Shown here in pieces: positions 47,519-56,892 of a stretch of 64,000 bases of DNA. Below the pieces are notes generated by a model. It did no database searches. It worked only from the letters and a program-made list of their open reading frames with translations, and had not been told where the DNA came from. Source of the DNA: a virus (taxonomy: Duplodnaviria; Heunggongvirae; Uroviricota; Caudoviricetes); IMG/VR virus record IMGVR_UViG_3300012344_000014, positions 42,581 through 106,580 of that record; one strand, given 5' to 3'. The position numbers and the translations under genes were made by a program. The stretch's first letter is position 1. Each line of letters starts with the position of its first letter.

Positions 47519-48028
47519 TCAATCCATCACATTCGTTCGGAGAGTATAGCTGCGGCTATCGACCAGCTCTTTACAGGCGCGGCATTTGCCCTGCACCTGC
47601 GCAAGCTGGTTAATGGCCTGCTTATCGGCGAAGAAATCATAAACCGGCTTGAGCAGGTCCATTTCGTTTTTACACTGCCGGCGTTCCCGGCGGACAGCGG
47701 CCAGCCGCCTATACATATCATAGCCTTTGGAGGCGTTCAGATTATCAGACAGCTCGATAACATGGAGAAGATCCTGCGTTTCCTGATCGAACTCCTGCCA
47801 GCGGCGCTCGTTTTCCTCATAGCGGGTGACGGCGGAGCGGGCGAAATCGAGAAAGGCGCGAATCTGATCAACCGGTTGGAGGGTATCGTACTCCTGCTTG
47901 CGATATAACCTGAGCACGGGGGCAGGAGCGGGGGATGCGGAAGCTGACGGCGGCTGCTCCGGGTTTGAATTCAGGATATCCTTCACAATCCGCTGCGAAA
48001 GCGGTTTATATTTGAGCTTTTTCCCCAT
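47519..48028 (-). CDS. hypothetical protein (169 aa)
   Basis: RBS gggaggtg then ATG at 48028 overlapping the upstream TGA; the ORF-track N-terminus is spurious. Confidence 0.5.
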   Translation of the reverse strand: MGKKLKYKPLSQRIVKDILNSNPEQPPSASASPAPAPVLRLYRKQEYDTLQPVDQIRAFLDFARSAVTRYEENERRWQEFDQETQDLLHVIELSDNLNASKGYDMYRRLAAVRRERRQCKNEMDLLKPVYDFFADKQAINQLAQVQGKCRACKELVDSRSYTLRTNVMD

Positions 48029-48029
48029 A

Positions 48030-49544
48030 TCACTTGAGCACCTCCCAAACAAGCAGGTAACGATCGCTGCGCAGCTGCTCCATGAGGCACTGATAGGGAT
48101 CGAGCGTGCCGGACATGACCATCTTTGCAATGTTAGGCGAGAAACCGGAAACGAGCGCGACGCCGAAATCATTTTCCCTGACGGGAATGGTATCGGTGCG
48201 GCCGCAAACATTCCAAAAGACCAGGCGGGGCAGGGAATAACCATAAAAATCGTACTTCTCCCTCACCTCATCGAACAGACTGCGATTGAAGTGCGGATAA
48301 CACCCGGCGTCGAACTGCATATCGGAAATGATGAGGATATTTTTCGGAAGCTCTTCCTGCCTGAGCTTATTTTGAACCGCCGTATCAAGGATAAGATCAA
48401 ACACAGCCTCGATATTCGTATTCGAACATTCATCATGCCGGCGGGCAATGCGCAGCTTGGACAGCAGCGTGCTCGCGCCGGAAAGATCGACCAGCTGAGG
48501 ACGCACGGAGAAGGTGATATAGCGATTACGGTAAACGCCATGCAGCCGTTCGGCAAAATAAATCGCCAGACCGTGCGCGATATCGAGCGGCTGAACACCG
48601 CCGGCTTTCAAACCGCACGTCATACTGCCGCTGCCATCGGCGACGACGATGGTTTCCGCTCCATCGGGGACGGTATCAGGGAGCGCCCGCCAGAGCGCTT
48701 CAAGCGCGTCGTCCACACGCCGTTCATCTTCGTCATATTTTGCGGCGATTTCATGCGGCATGAGGACGGAGGAATTAATCTTGACATCCTTCACGCCGGC
48801 CTTGAGATCTTCCAGATATTGCCGCCGGCGATCTTCATCATGCTTAAGGAACGCCTTGCGATAAATCAAATTCGCGCGGGAGGGGACGGTATTATAATTG
48901 ATTTGCCCCCACTCGCCGGCTGACATTTTCAGCTCGATAACATCCAGATAGCGGCGCAGCTTTGCGACGGCGCGGCGATAATTGCGCGGCGTGACGTGAA
49001 ACTTTGCGGCCAGCAATTTTGCGGCTTCGCGATGGGAGGGGACGCGGCTCTTTTCGGATGGAAGCCATTTGGCAAGGAGCGAAATCGGCCGCTTTTGCAG
49101 CATATCCGCCGTATCCTGCCGCATCTGATCGGCAAGGATATCGAGAACGGAAGAAGCGAGCTGCGTATCGAGCAGGGTAAACAAATCGTCCCAGCGGCCA
49201 TACTCCGCGAAAAGCGGGAGCAGGCGCATCAGGGCATAAGGAAACTCGCGCGCCAGATAGCGGGCGCAGACGCGAAAGAGCCGCCGTTCGCCCATACCCT
49301 GCCGGCAATCGCGGGCAAAGAAGAGCCAGACGATCGCCGCGGCCATATCTTCCGCACAGGCGGCGGCAAACATCGTTTCGATCTTCTCTTCAGGCGCTTC
49401 CCGCAGAGAGGAGACGGCAAAATTCAGATCAAGCAGGGCATGGCCGCTGGTGCGATAAACCTTCGCGCCGTTATCGGTATAAGAAACGTTCGCCGAACTA
49501 TTCACGAGCGTTTCATTCATCTTATCATAAAAATTAACAGCCAT
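48030..49544 (-). CDS. von Willebrand factor A domain protein (DUF2828-like)
   Basis: MIDAS 'VVADGSGSM'; large N-terminal domain typical of phage vWA proteins. Confidence 0.7.
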   Translation of the reverse strand: MAVNFYDKMNETLVNSSANVSYTDNGAKVYRTSGHALLDLNFAVSSLREAPEEKIETMFAAACAEDMAAAIVWLFFARDCRQGMGERRLFRVCARYLAREFPYALMRLLPLFAEYGRWDDLFTLLDTQLASSVLDILADQMRQDTADMLQKRPISLLAKWLPSEKSRVPSHREAAKLLAAKFHVTPRNYRRAVAKLRRYLDVIELKMSAGEWGQINYNTVPSRANLIYRKAFLKHDEDRRRQYLEDLKAGVKDVKINSSVLMPHEIAAKYDEDERRVDDALEALWRALPDTVPDGAETIVVADGSGSMTCGLKAGGVQPLDIAHGLAIYFAERLHGVYRNRYITFSVRPQLVDLSGASTLLSKLRIARRHDECSNTNIEAVFDLILDTAVQNKLRQEELPKNILIISDMQFDAGCYPHFNRSLFDEVREKYDFYGYSLPRLVFWNVCGRTDTIPVRENDFGVALVSGFSPNIAKMVMSGTLDPYQCLMEQLRSDRYLLVWEVLK

Positions 49545-49555
49545 TGAAACCTCTT

Positions 49556-50107
49556 TCAGGCGGCGAACGCCGCATATTTTTTTCGGATACGCTGCAGGGT
49601 GCGCATGGCCGTAGCATCGCCAAAGCCGGCGGCACGCCCCGCATCGCGCGTGGTGGCACCGTTCATTTTCTGCTGGACAAGTATTCTTTCAGGCTTGGAA
49701 AGGGTGCCGAGGAAGATATCGAAATCAGCCTGTGTCTCGATATCTTCCGCAGTAGAGCCTTCTTTGGCATAATAATCCAGCCCATCGAACATAATCGACG
49801 AATCAACGGGATAGGAAATGGTTTTTGTGAAATCAGTCGTGCGCTTGGGGATATGGACGACATTCATCTCCATCAGGTAGCGGCACATTGCGTTCGTCAT
49901 ATCAAGAAGCGGGGCTTTGCGCGCCGTTTCGATATCGGGGCTGCGGCGGATATGCTCCAGCATAACAATGGACGCTTCCTGAAAGAGATCCTCCGCGCAG
50001 GCGCTATAATTTTTGTCATTGCGGCGTCTAAACTGATGGACAGCTGACCAGACCAGATTTATACAGGAACGAAAAATCTGGTCTTCCTGACCGGGAGAAA
50101 GATTCAT
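49556..50107 (-). CDS. second sigma-70-family sigma factor
   Basis: Region 2-like N-terminus and C-terminal HTH 'TTRDAGRAAGFGDATAMRTLQRIRKK'. Confidence 0.65.
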   Translation of the reverse strand: MNLSPGQEDQIFRSCINLVWSAVHQFRRRNDKNYSACAEDLFQEASIVMLEHIRRSPDIETARKAPLLDMTNAMCRYLMEMNVVHIPKRTTDFTKTISYPVDSSIMFDGLDYYAKEGSTAEDIETQADFDIFLGTLSKPERILVQQKMNGATTRDAGRAAGFGDATAMRTLQRIRKKYAAFAA

Positions 50108-50185
50108 TTGGCATCCTTTCTGCCAGCAGCCTGATATAAACGTTTTCTATGGGCGATTTACGAAATTACGGGATGAGGAGAAAAA

Positions 50186-50689
50186 TTAAAAGGGAAGATC
50201 ATCCTCATTGAAACGATTGGCGGGAGCGGCAGCGGGCGCAACAGGAGGCTGCACAGCGTAATTATTATAAGCGGGGACGGGCTGGGCGGGGGCATAAGCC
50301 GGAGCGGGCGGAGCGTATCCGTAAGGCTGGGGCTGAGGCTGAACTGGTGCGGCGGCCTGCGCATCCTTCTTAGATGAGAGGAACTGCACCTTGCCGGCAC
50401 GAAGCTCGAGGGAGAATTTCATTGTGCCGTCGCGCCCCTGATAGGAACGGACGCTCGGCTCGCCATCACAATAGACGGGATCACCCTTATGGAGATACTT
50501 GGCGCAGGCGTCTGCCTGCTTGCCCCAGACGGCGACGCGATAAAAGGTCGCGGCTTTTTCTTCGCCGTTGCGGGGCTGATAATCGGGGTCAACGGCCACG
50601 TTAAAGTTGGTGACCATATTTTCGCCGACCATACGGTTTTCAGGATCAGCCGTGAGACGGCCGATGATTTCAGTTCTATGAAGACTCAA
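50186..50689 (-). CDS. ssb: single-stranded DNA-binding protein
   Basis: OB fold and C-terminal acidic tail '...DDLPF'. Confidence 0.9.
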   Translation of the reverse strand: MSLHRTEIIGRLTADPENRMVGENMVTNFNVAVDPDYQPRNGEEKAATFYRVAVWGKQADACAKYLHKGDPVYCDGEPSVRSYQGRDGTMKFSLELRAGKVQFLSSKKDAQAAAPVQPQPQPYGYAPPAPAYAPAQPVPAYNNYAVQPPVAPAAAPANRFNEDDLPF

Positions 50690-50706
50690 TGCTTTTCCTC
50701 CCTTTC

Positions 50707-51741
50707 TCAGGCGGCAAACGCGGCGTAAAGCGCGTCGAGCGTAGCCTGATCTTTAATGGTACGATAATTCGCGGTGCCGCCGGTGATCGATTTGACTTTT
50801 GCCAGCAAATCGGCGCGTTCCATCGTTTTTGAAGCGGCCTTGATAGCAGCATCTACCATTTCCGGCGTGACAGCCGAAGCGGGGATGGGAGCGGGCGGCT
50901 CGCTGAAGGGGAGCTGCGATTCATCCATCGGGGATGCGGCGGCGGGCATCGGCTCGGAAACGGGAGCCTTTACGGCGCGCTCAATAGGCGCCGTTGCGGC
51001 TTCCGGCTTTGCGCCGGCCAGCCAACCGTGAATCTTCGCGCCGACTTCAGGCGTGATGACGAAATACTGGCCGTCGAACAGGCGGGTACGATCCTTCGTG
51101 GCGCATGCCTGATGCGCCTGATCAAGCTCGAAGAAGGTGGTGACTTCATATTCCAGACCATCGCGGAACTGAATGCCCATACCCTTCTGGACGACCTTCT
51201 TGCGCCCGTTTTCCTCTTCCATAGCGTACTCTTTCTTGGAGCGCGCAGTGATGATGACGTGCATATCACACTGAAGGATTTTATCAATGAGCTTATTGTG
51301 CAGCGGAGTCACATCCCGCCAGGCGGTGTAGCTGTTGCCGCTGCGCTTGGCCGCGTTGGCCTGCATTTCAAGCAAGCCGCCTTCGCCCGTCCATGCATGA
51401 GTGAGCGAATCGATAATGAGGAATTCCATGCCGGCGCGTTGTGCTTCGTCAATCGCGTCAATGTATTTCTGGGGCCCGAAGGGCGGAGTGATATCAATTT
51501 TGCAGAACTCTCCGATTCGCACATTGCCGACCTGCTCATCGACGAACAGATTGGCGGAGCGGTTTTCGGTATCGACGACGCAGATTCTATCCCAAACCTG
51601 CGCGTCCGGCCAATCGGGATGGTCTGCGTGGACAAGACCATAGGCGAGCAGGAGAGAGCTCATCGTTTTGCCGCTGCCGGAGATGCCGCCGATGCCAAGC
51701 TTGATGCGTACCTGCGATTTTCTCGCTTTACTGATTGCCAA
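50707..51741 (-). CDS. RecA-like AAA_24 ATPase (Sak4-like recombination/annealing-associated)
   Basis: Walker A 'GIGGISGSGKTMSSL'. TTG start with RBS gaaggggg. Confidence 0.7.
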   Translation of the reverse strand: MAISKARKSQVRIKLGIGGISGSGKTMSSLLLAYGLVHADHPDWPDAQVWDRICVVDTENRSANLFVDEQVGNVRIGEFCKIDITPPFGPQKYIDAIDEAQRAGMEFLIIDSLTHAWTGEGGLLEMQANAAKRSGNSYTAWRDVTPLHNKLIDKILQCDMHVIITARSKKEYAMEEENGRKKVVQKGMGIQFRDGLEYEVTTFFELDQAHQACATKDRTRLFDGQYFVITPEVGAKIHGWLAGAKPEAATAPIERAVKAPVSEPMPAAASPMDESQLPFSEPPAPIPASAVTPEMVDAAIKAASKTMERADLLAKVKSITGGTANYRTIKDQATLDALYAAFAA

Positions 51742-51769
51742 GGTAAAATACCCCCTTCTCGAATTTTGT

Positions 51770-51815
51770 TTTTCAATAATAAAGGGAACATTTTCGGCAC
51801 CGTTTTTTCACTTTT
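51770..51815 (-). promoter_or_regulatory. conserved promoter-like element, copy 3, upstream of the Sak4-like operon
   Basis: Minus reading gtgaaaaaacggtgccGAAAATGTTCCCTTTATTATtga. Confidence 0.5.
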
Positions 51816-51843
51816 CGAAAATTTTCTTCGAAAAAATTTTTAT

Positions 51844-52800
51844 TCACCACGGCAGCGTATTCACCGCCCTCGCGAGCTGCTCGGGATGGGAGTGATCATA
51901 CCGGTTGGTAACGCGCAGAGACGAGTGGTTCGCGCAGTCCCTCGCCACGCCGGCGCCGTTACGCTTTTCAACCTCGGAGATGAAAGTATGCCGCAGGCAA
52001 TGAGGCCCTGTGGCAAGGCCGAGCTGTTTCTGCTTGAATGCGAGCGCGCCGTAAACGGTTTTGCGGTTCATCGGCTGACCGTGCGTGGAGAGGAAGAGCG
52101 GGCGGGAATGATCGTCCGCGTCGGGGCGGGTTTGAAGATATGCGTCGAGCACGTCGTAGAACGAATCCTTAACGTAAACATCCTCCCAGTTGCCGCCCTT
52201 GCGTTTGCAGTAAATTTTGCCGCGTTCGCCGTCGAGCACGTCGCCGATGGTCAGGGCGCACAGCTCGCTCACGCGCATGCCGGATTCCAGAATAAGCGTG
52301 CAGATGGCGCGATCGCGCAGTTTATTGCGGCCGGGCATATCGCCGAGCAGTTTGCGCGTCTGCTGGACGGTCATGTATTTCTCCTTGCGCTCCCATTTGG
52401 GGACGGCCTTCTCATTGGGGAGCTTATGCGTGGTCAGCACGCCGCTGAGATCTTCCGCCGTGGCCTGCGCGACCTTCCACGCCCAGCGGAGGAACGGGTT
52501 GAGCATGCAGACGTAATTATTGCGCGTCGTCATCTTGCAACGAACGGACAGATGGTTATAATACGCATCCAGCACGGACGGCGTAAGGCCGGAGAGTTCG
52601 TTCTCCCCGACCTGCACGCCGTAGTTCCGCTCCAGCTGCCGGAGGATGCGGTTCAAGACCTCGGCGCAATGCGCCGCTGAAACATCCGAAGCGCCGCCCG
52701 CCTTATAGCTTGCGGCGTAGCGTTCAACCAGCCTGTACATTTCCCTGTTCCCTCCTTCTGCGCGCGGCGACGATCTGCTTATATTCCTCAACGACCTCAT
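51844..52800 (-). CDS. tyrosine recombinase (XerC/D/phage-integrase family)
   Basis: 'HCLRHTF' and 'RVTNRYDH' (R-H-R-Y catalytic residues). Confidence 0.8.
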   Translation of the reverse strand: MRSLRNISRSSPRAEGGNREMYRLVERYAASYKAGGASDVSAAHCAEVLNRILRQLERNYGVQVGENELSGLTPSVLDAYYNHLSVRCKMTTRNNYVCMLNPFLRWAWKVAQATAEDLSGVLTTHKLPNEKAVPKWERKEKYMTVQQTRKLLGDMPGRNKLRDRAICTLILESGMRVSELCALTIGDVLDGERGKIYCKRKGGNWEDVYVKDSFYDVLDAYLQTRPDADDHSRPLFLSTHGQPMNRKTVYGALAFKQKQLGLATGPHCLRHTFISEVEKRNGAGVARDCANHSSLRVTNRYDHSHPEQLARAVNTLPW

Positions 52801-52916
52801 TCAGCCGGGGCGTGCGCAGATAGCGCCAGTAACGCGTGCCGAACTCATCCTTATAGGAATTCTCATAGCGGATATCGTGGACGTGGATGAAGGTTTCGAG
52901 GGCGAAGTTGTTCGTT

Positions 52917-53162
52917 TCAAAGATTTCGGGATTCTGATTCATCATAATAATTTTGTCCTCCTAATTGTTTTTCGGTTTCGGAAAGATAGAAGAGAATTGC
53001 CTGCCGGATTGCTTCCGATCTGGTAAGCCCCGCCTGCCGGCAGAGGGAATCGACGCGATGAACAATCCAGGGCTCGAGCCGGAGATGAACGCGTTCGCTG
53101 CGGGCTTCCGCCCCAAGGGTTTTGCGGCCGGCTCCGCGTGGGTTTTTGATTTTGTCACACAT
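52917..53162 (-). CDS. ribbon-helix-helix (CopG-like) DNA-binding protein
   Basis: 'RVHLRLEPWIVHRVDSLCRQAGLTRSEAIRQAI'. Confidence 0.5.
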   Translation of the reverse strand: MCDKIKNPRGAGRKTLGAEARSERVHLRLEPWIVHRVDSLCRQAGLTRSEAIRQAILFYLSETEKQLGGQNYYDESESRNL

Positions 53163-53301
53163 AATTAAACACCTCGTTTCTGCGACATATGATACCCGAC
53201 GCGGAAGGAATTGTCAAGAGGAAATGCGAACGAACGTTCTTATTTATTTAACGCCGCGTCAAAAATTCGCGGCGGGGACGGGCTATTTTTGACAGTTTTG
53301 C

Positions 53302-53916
53302 TCAGTGCTTATGGAAGACGACGGACTGGCCGCCGGCAAGATCCCAGCATTTGGCGCAGGCGGAACAATTGCCGCTGCAGGGCATGGCGTCAGCAGGGAC
53401 GCGGGTTTCGCGCCCATCCTGCATGAAGGCGACGGGATAATAACCCGGCAATGCACTAGGCATTTCGACGCCCGGCCACGCGCTGAGCACGAGACGGAAA
53501 TTTTCGGGGAGGGTTTCGCGATCGATTGCGGCGAAGAGGTCGTACCGCTTAGTGAAGGCAAGAAACTTGGTGCTGGGATGAGAACGAATAACGCGCAGCC
53601 ACATATCGAGATATTCGCGGGAGAAGAAATCGCCGGAGACATGAATACGGAACATACGCGGGGCGTTAGGGGAATCAAAATACCAGGCGAGATAGGCTTC
53701 AAGGGCGGGGAGATCCTCTTGAGCGAGGGAGAAGTTTTCCGCATAGGCGTTGCGGACGCTGGGGCGGAGGCGTTCCAGCTTGCGGGCATAGCAGCCTTCG
53801 CAGAAGCAGGTTTTGCAGGCGGAAGAGGAACAGGACGCGCCGGAAGACAAAGAAAAAGACGGGATCGCTCCCATCTTCGTGTTGCCGGCGCTGATATGCA
53901 CGGGAAGTTTATTCAT
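53302..53916 (-). CDS. hypothetical Cys-rich protein (204 aa)
   Basis: ORF track; multiple CxxC motifs. Confidence 0.45.
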   Translation of the reverse strand: MNKLPVHISAGNTKMGAIPSFSLSSGASCSSSACKTCFCEGCYARKLERLRPSVRNAYAENFSLAQEDLPALEAYLAWYFDSPNAPRMFRIHVSGDFFSREYLDMWLRVIRSHPSTKFLAFTKRYDLFAAIDRETLPENFRLVLSAWPGVEMPSALPGYYPVAFMQDGRETRVPADAMPCSGNCSACAKCWDLAGGQSVVFHKH

Positions 53917-53984
53917 TTGTCAGGACTCCTTATAGGTTGAGACGGCGGAGAGGGAAGGAACCTCCTTTCTTTTTGAATTGAGGG

Positions 53985-54009
53985 GTAAAAGAAAAGCCCC
54001 CGGAGGGGC
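53985..54009 (-). terminator. rho-independent terminator after the abiEii gene
   Basis: gcccctccgggggc hairpin with ttttcttttac on the minus strand. Confidence 0.5.
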
Positions 54010-54011
54010 TG

Positions 54012-54941
54012 TCAGGAGAACATGCCGCTTTGGGCGGCTTCTTCGAGGACGGGGGCGACTGCGGAATAAGGAACCGGAGAATGGAGGAAATAGGTTGTGA
54101 TTTTCTGATAGTCCTCCTCATAGACACGCGACCGTAAGATTTCGTGAAGCAGGGCGGGGACGTCGGCTTCCGGCAGAGCGGAAGGACAATTCCCCATTTG
54201 AACGCGGGCGGCGCGGACTTCCTGAACCAAATCGCGGAAAGCCGTATCGAAAACAACACGTGGACGAATCATATACAGATCGTAAATATGCCGCGAATGA
54301 CGAGCGATACAGGGAACGCCGGTTTCATTCTGTTTGAGATAGTAATCGCAGACGGCAAAGATCTTATCGATGAACGTGCGGGAAAGGCTTTGCGTCTGCA
54401 TGACGAATGGGGCGAGGGAGTATTCTTCGACGATATCCATGTTTTCCGTCTTGAGAAACTGATAAACATAGCTGTCTACCATGCCCTGTTCGACGGGGAA
54501 AGCCGAAGAACCCAGCACGACCTCCATGATTACGCCTGAAGCAAGCGCAGTTGGCTGGAGCTCACCGACCGGTGAATAAGCGAACGTATAACGGTTGAAA
54601 TCGCGCCGGCTATGCGAGTCATCCCAGTCCTGAATAGGAACGCCGAGCGCTTCAGAAATGCCGGCGATTGTTTCGTGTTTTAATTTGTGGCGCTGCCCGA
54701 GTGTTACATACTCGGCGAACGCAATATCGATATCTTCAGAGAAGCGATCGATCACATGATGGCATTTGGAGAGCGAGGTGCCGCCCTTAAAGACACAGCG
54801 CGGCGCGCGTTCGTTCAGAAGACGAAGCACCATGGTGACGTAATAATCTTTTTCGATGATCGGCACTGGCTTGCCAAGGCTATCGGCGGCGGAGAAAAGA
54901 ACGTCTCGGAAAAGATCTTTTTCTTTATGAAGAAGACGCAT
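54012..54941 (-). CDS. abiEii: AbiEii/AbiGii-family nucleotidyltransferase toxin (DUF1814)
   Basis: 'GGTSLSKCHHVIDRFSEDIDIAF' NTase motif. Confidence 0.75.
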   Translation of the reverse strand: MRLLHKEKDLFRDVLFSAADSLGKPVPIIEKDYYVTMVLRLLNERAPRCVFKGGTSLSKCHHVIDRFSEDIDIAFAEYVTLGQRHKLKHETIAGISEALGVPIQDWDDSHSRRDFNRYTFAYSPVGELQPTALASGVIMEVVLGSSAFPVEQGMVDSYVYQFLKTENMDIVEEYSLAPFVMQTQSLSRTFIDKIFAVCDYYLKQNETGVPCIARHSRHIYDLYMIRPRVVFDTAFRDLVQEVRAARVQMGNCPSALPEADVPALLHEILRSRVYEEDYQKITTYFLHSPVPYSAVAPVLEEAAQSGMFS

Positions 54942-55567
54942 CAGTTGTCACCTCCTTTAAGAATGCCCGCTTCATACATCATTCGCAGCGTTTTTGCGGG
55001 GAAAAGCGGAAGGTATTTTTCAAGCTGAGGAAGCGTCAACCCCACATTTTTCATATACCGGCGAATAGCTGGGGCCGTCTGGGCGACCGAAAGATCAGAG
55101 TAGGAATCCAGATCTTTGAACAGATCGAGCAGTTGGAGCGCTTTGGCATTTTCCGCTGTGACGGTGACGCGCGGCTTGCGAAGAACGAATTCCTGATTGC
55201 GGATTCGCACCGTCCTGCGCCACGAATTCGTCCGATTGGTTACAATTTCCCGCACCTGCGGAACCTGCAAGCTTGCGCCAACCTGATTGGCGAACGTGAA
55301 ACCGGAATAGTATCCGTCCGTAGCGCCTGCGCGGCTGATATATTTGCGCAGCGCCACAAGATCGGGGGACAGCGATGCGCCTCCCCTCAGGCGCGTCTGC
55401 GCCGGAATATAATATACACCGTTTTCATAGCGGACGATTTTTCCTGCGTCGCACAGCGTTTTGAATTGCTGGCGGAGACTGTCTTTACGCACGCCGGGGA
55501 GAGAAACGTCCGAAAGAAAGATGGGCTCGTTCGGCCGATACTGCGAACGCAGATAATCATACAGCAT
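54941..55567 (-). CDS. abiEi: AbiEi-family antitoxin/transcriptional regulator
   Basis: Position, 1-nt overlap with the toxin gene, and wHTH-like N-terminus. Confidence 0.65.
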   Translation of the reverse strand: MLYDYLRSQYRPNEPIFLSDVSLPGVRKDSLRQQFKTLCDAGKIVRYENGVYYIPAQTRLRGGASLSPDLVALRKYISRAGATDGYYSGFTFANQVGASLQVPQVREIVTNRTNSWRRTVRIRNQEFVLRKPRVTVTAENAKALQLLDLFKDLDSYSDLSVAQTAPAIRRYMKNVGLTLPQLEKYLPLFPAKTLRMMYEAGILKGGDN

Positions 55568-55654
55568 GCGGGCACTCCTTTCACAAGATACAAATTATTT
55601 TCTCCACTTCTGTGATTATACAGCGCCAAAACTATTCCGTCAACCGGGGCTTGG

Positions 55655-55924
55655 TTATTTCATTTTGTTGAGAATGTTTTCATCCGGCGCATGTTCCATC
55701 ATGATCATGACGTACATGGTGCCGTCCGGCTTGCGGAAGGCGGTAATGGTATCGGGCGGGAGGATATCTTTCAGTTCTGAATTCCCGCTGGCGGGAAGAG
55801 CTTTGCCGTCGCGATCCTCGTTATCATAGAGGAGCTTGAGACGGGAGGCGATGGCCATGGGGTCGGTATCCCAGCAGAGAAGTTTGTTACGGTTACCGGT
55901 TGCGCGAATCAGATAATAATACAT
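55655..55924 (-). CDS. hypothetical protein (89 aa)
   Basis: ORF track. Confidence 0.4.
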   Translation of the reverse strand: MYYYLIRATGNRNKLLCWDTDPMAIASRLKLLYDNEDRDGKALPASGNSELKDILPPDTITAFRKPDGTMYVMIMMEHAPDENILNKMK

Positions 55925-55978
55925 TCGATCACTCCTTTAGGATGAAGTATACTGTTCCAGGCACGAGGTGTCAATTGT

Positions 55979-56275
55979 TCAGGATGCGTTGCCGCTGCTC
56001 TCCAGTTCTTTTAGCCGTTTTTCAAGAGCGATTCGTTTCTCAATTTCAAACTCCATGCAGCGTTCATGATATTCAAGCGGGACAAAACCGGCGCGGACAG
56101 AGGCTCTGTAATGCGCACCAAGCGCGGTTTCATCCGGCGGGGACTCCCAGCCGCAGGCGTTGCAATAATAATGATAACCGGGAAAGGCATCATCGCGATA
56201 GCCCAGCGCTCGCAGAGACATCGCTTCGCCGCAGCCGGGGCAGAGGATTTTTTCAAGTTCCATTCGGGCGTTCAC
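55979..56275 (-). CDS. zinc-ribbon protein
   Basis: 'CPGCG...C..CGW'. Confidence 0.45.
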   Translation of the reverse strand: MNARMELEKILCPGCGEAMSLRALGYRDDAFPGYHYYCNACGWESPPDETALGAHYRASVRAGFVPLEYHERCMEFEIEKRIALEKRLKELESSGNAS

Positions 56276-56478
56276 CTCTTATAGACAAGTTGATTGCCGT
56301 CTTCGAACTCGACGGTAACGCTGACCGGGATACCGGTGCCGCACTGTGTATAGGAAAGATGCTTGCAGCGCACAATCTTGACAGGCTTTTTATGATTACG
56401 CTCGCATTTTTCTGCGTCGGATTTGGTTTTATACTGCGTGCCGCAGACCTCGCAGACATAGAGGGTGATAGGGGTCAT
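56272..56478 (-). CDS. zinc-ribbon protein
   Basis: 'CEVCG...C..C'. Confidence 0.45.
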   Translation of the reverse strand: MTPITLYVCEVCGTQYKTKSDAEKCERNHKKPVKIVRCKHLSYTQCGTGIPVSVTVEFEDGNQLVYKR

Positions 56479-56496
56479 TTAGTTCTCTCCTTTCAT

Positions 56497-56709
56497 TCAG
56501 CCGATGACCAGATCTTCATTAGCGCGGGCAAGATATTCTTCGAGGAATTCCTCGTTGGGGCAGGGAGCGACGGCGGCGTGCGTACGTTCGCGGGTTTCGT
56601 CGTCCATCGCTGCGACGACAACGTCCCAGAGGTTTCGCTCGGCGATTTCGAGGATTGCTCCACGGGCGGAAAGGAAAGTGTGACCGTTATCCAAGCTGAT
56701 ACGTTTCAT
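56497..56709 (-). CDS. hypothetical protein (70 aa)
   Basis: RBS gggagg then ATG at 56709. Confidence 0.4.
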   Translation of the reverse strand: MKRISLDNGHTFLSARGAILEIAERNLWDVVVAAMDDETRERTHAAVAPCPNEEFLEEYLARANEDLVIG

Positions 56710-56712
56710 TCT

Positions 56713-56892
56713 TCATCCTCCCAGTATTGCTGTTTGCATTCCGAGTATTGCGAAAAACATTGTCACGCCAAACGCCAATGCTGTAAATTCTACCCACCAC
56801 CTATCGTCCCGGCTGACTGCGGCAAGTGCAAAGTAGCCTACAAGCCCCATAATTGCCGGCAGAATTGGAATTGTGACGGTCGCCGTCGTCAT
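56713..56892 (-). CDS. small membrane protein
   Basis: Two TM helices; start MTTATV after the stop of the upstream gene. Confidence 0.4.
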   Translation of the reverse strand: MTTATVTIPILPAIMGLVGYFALAAVSRDDRWWVEFTALAFGVTMFFAILGMQTAILGG

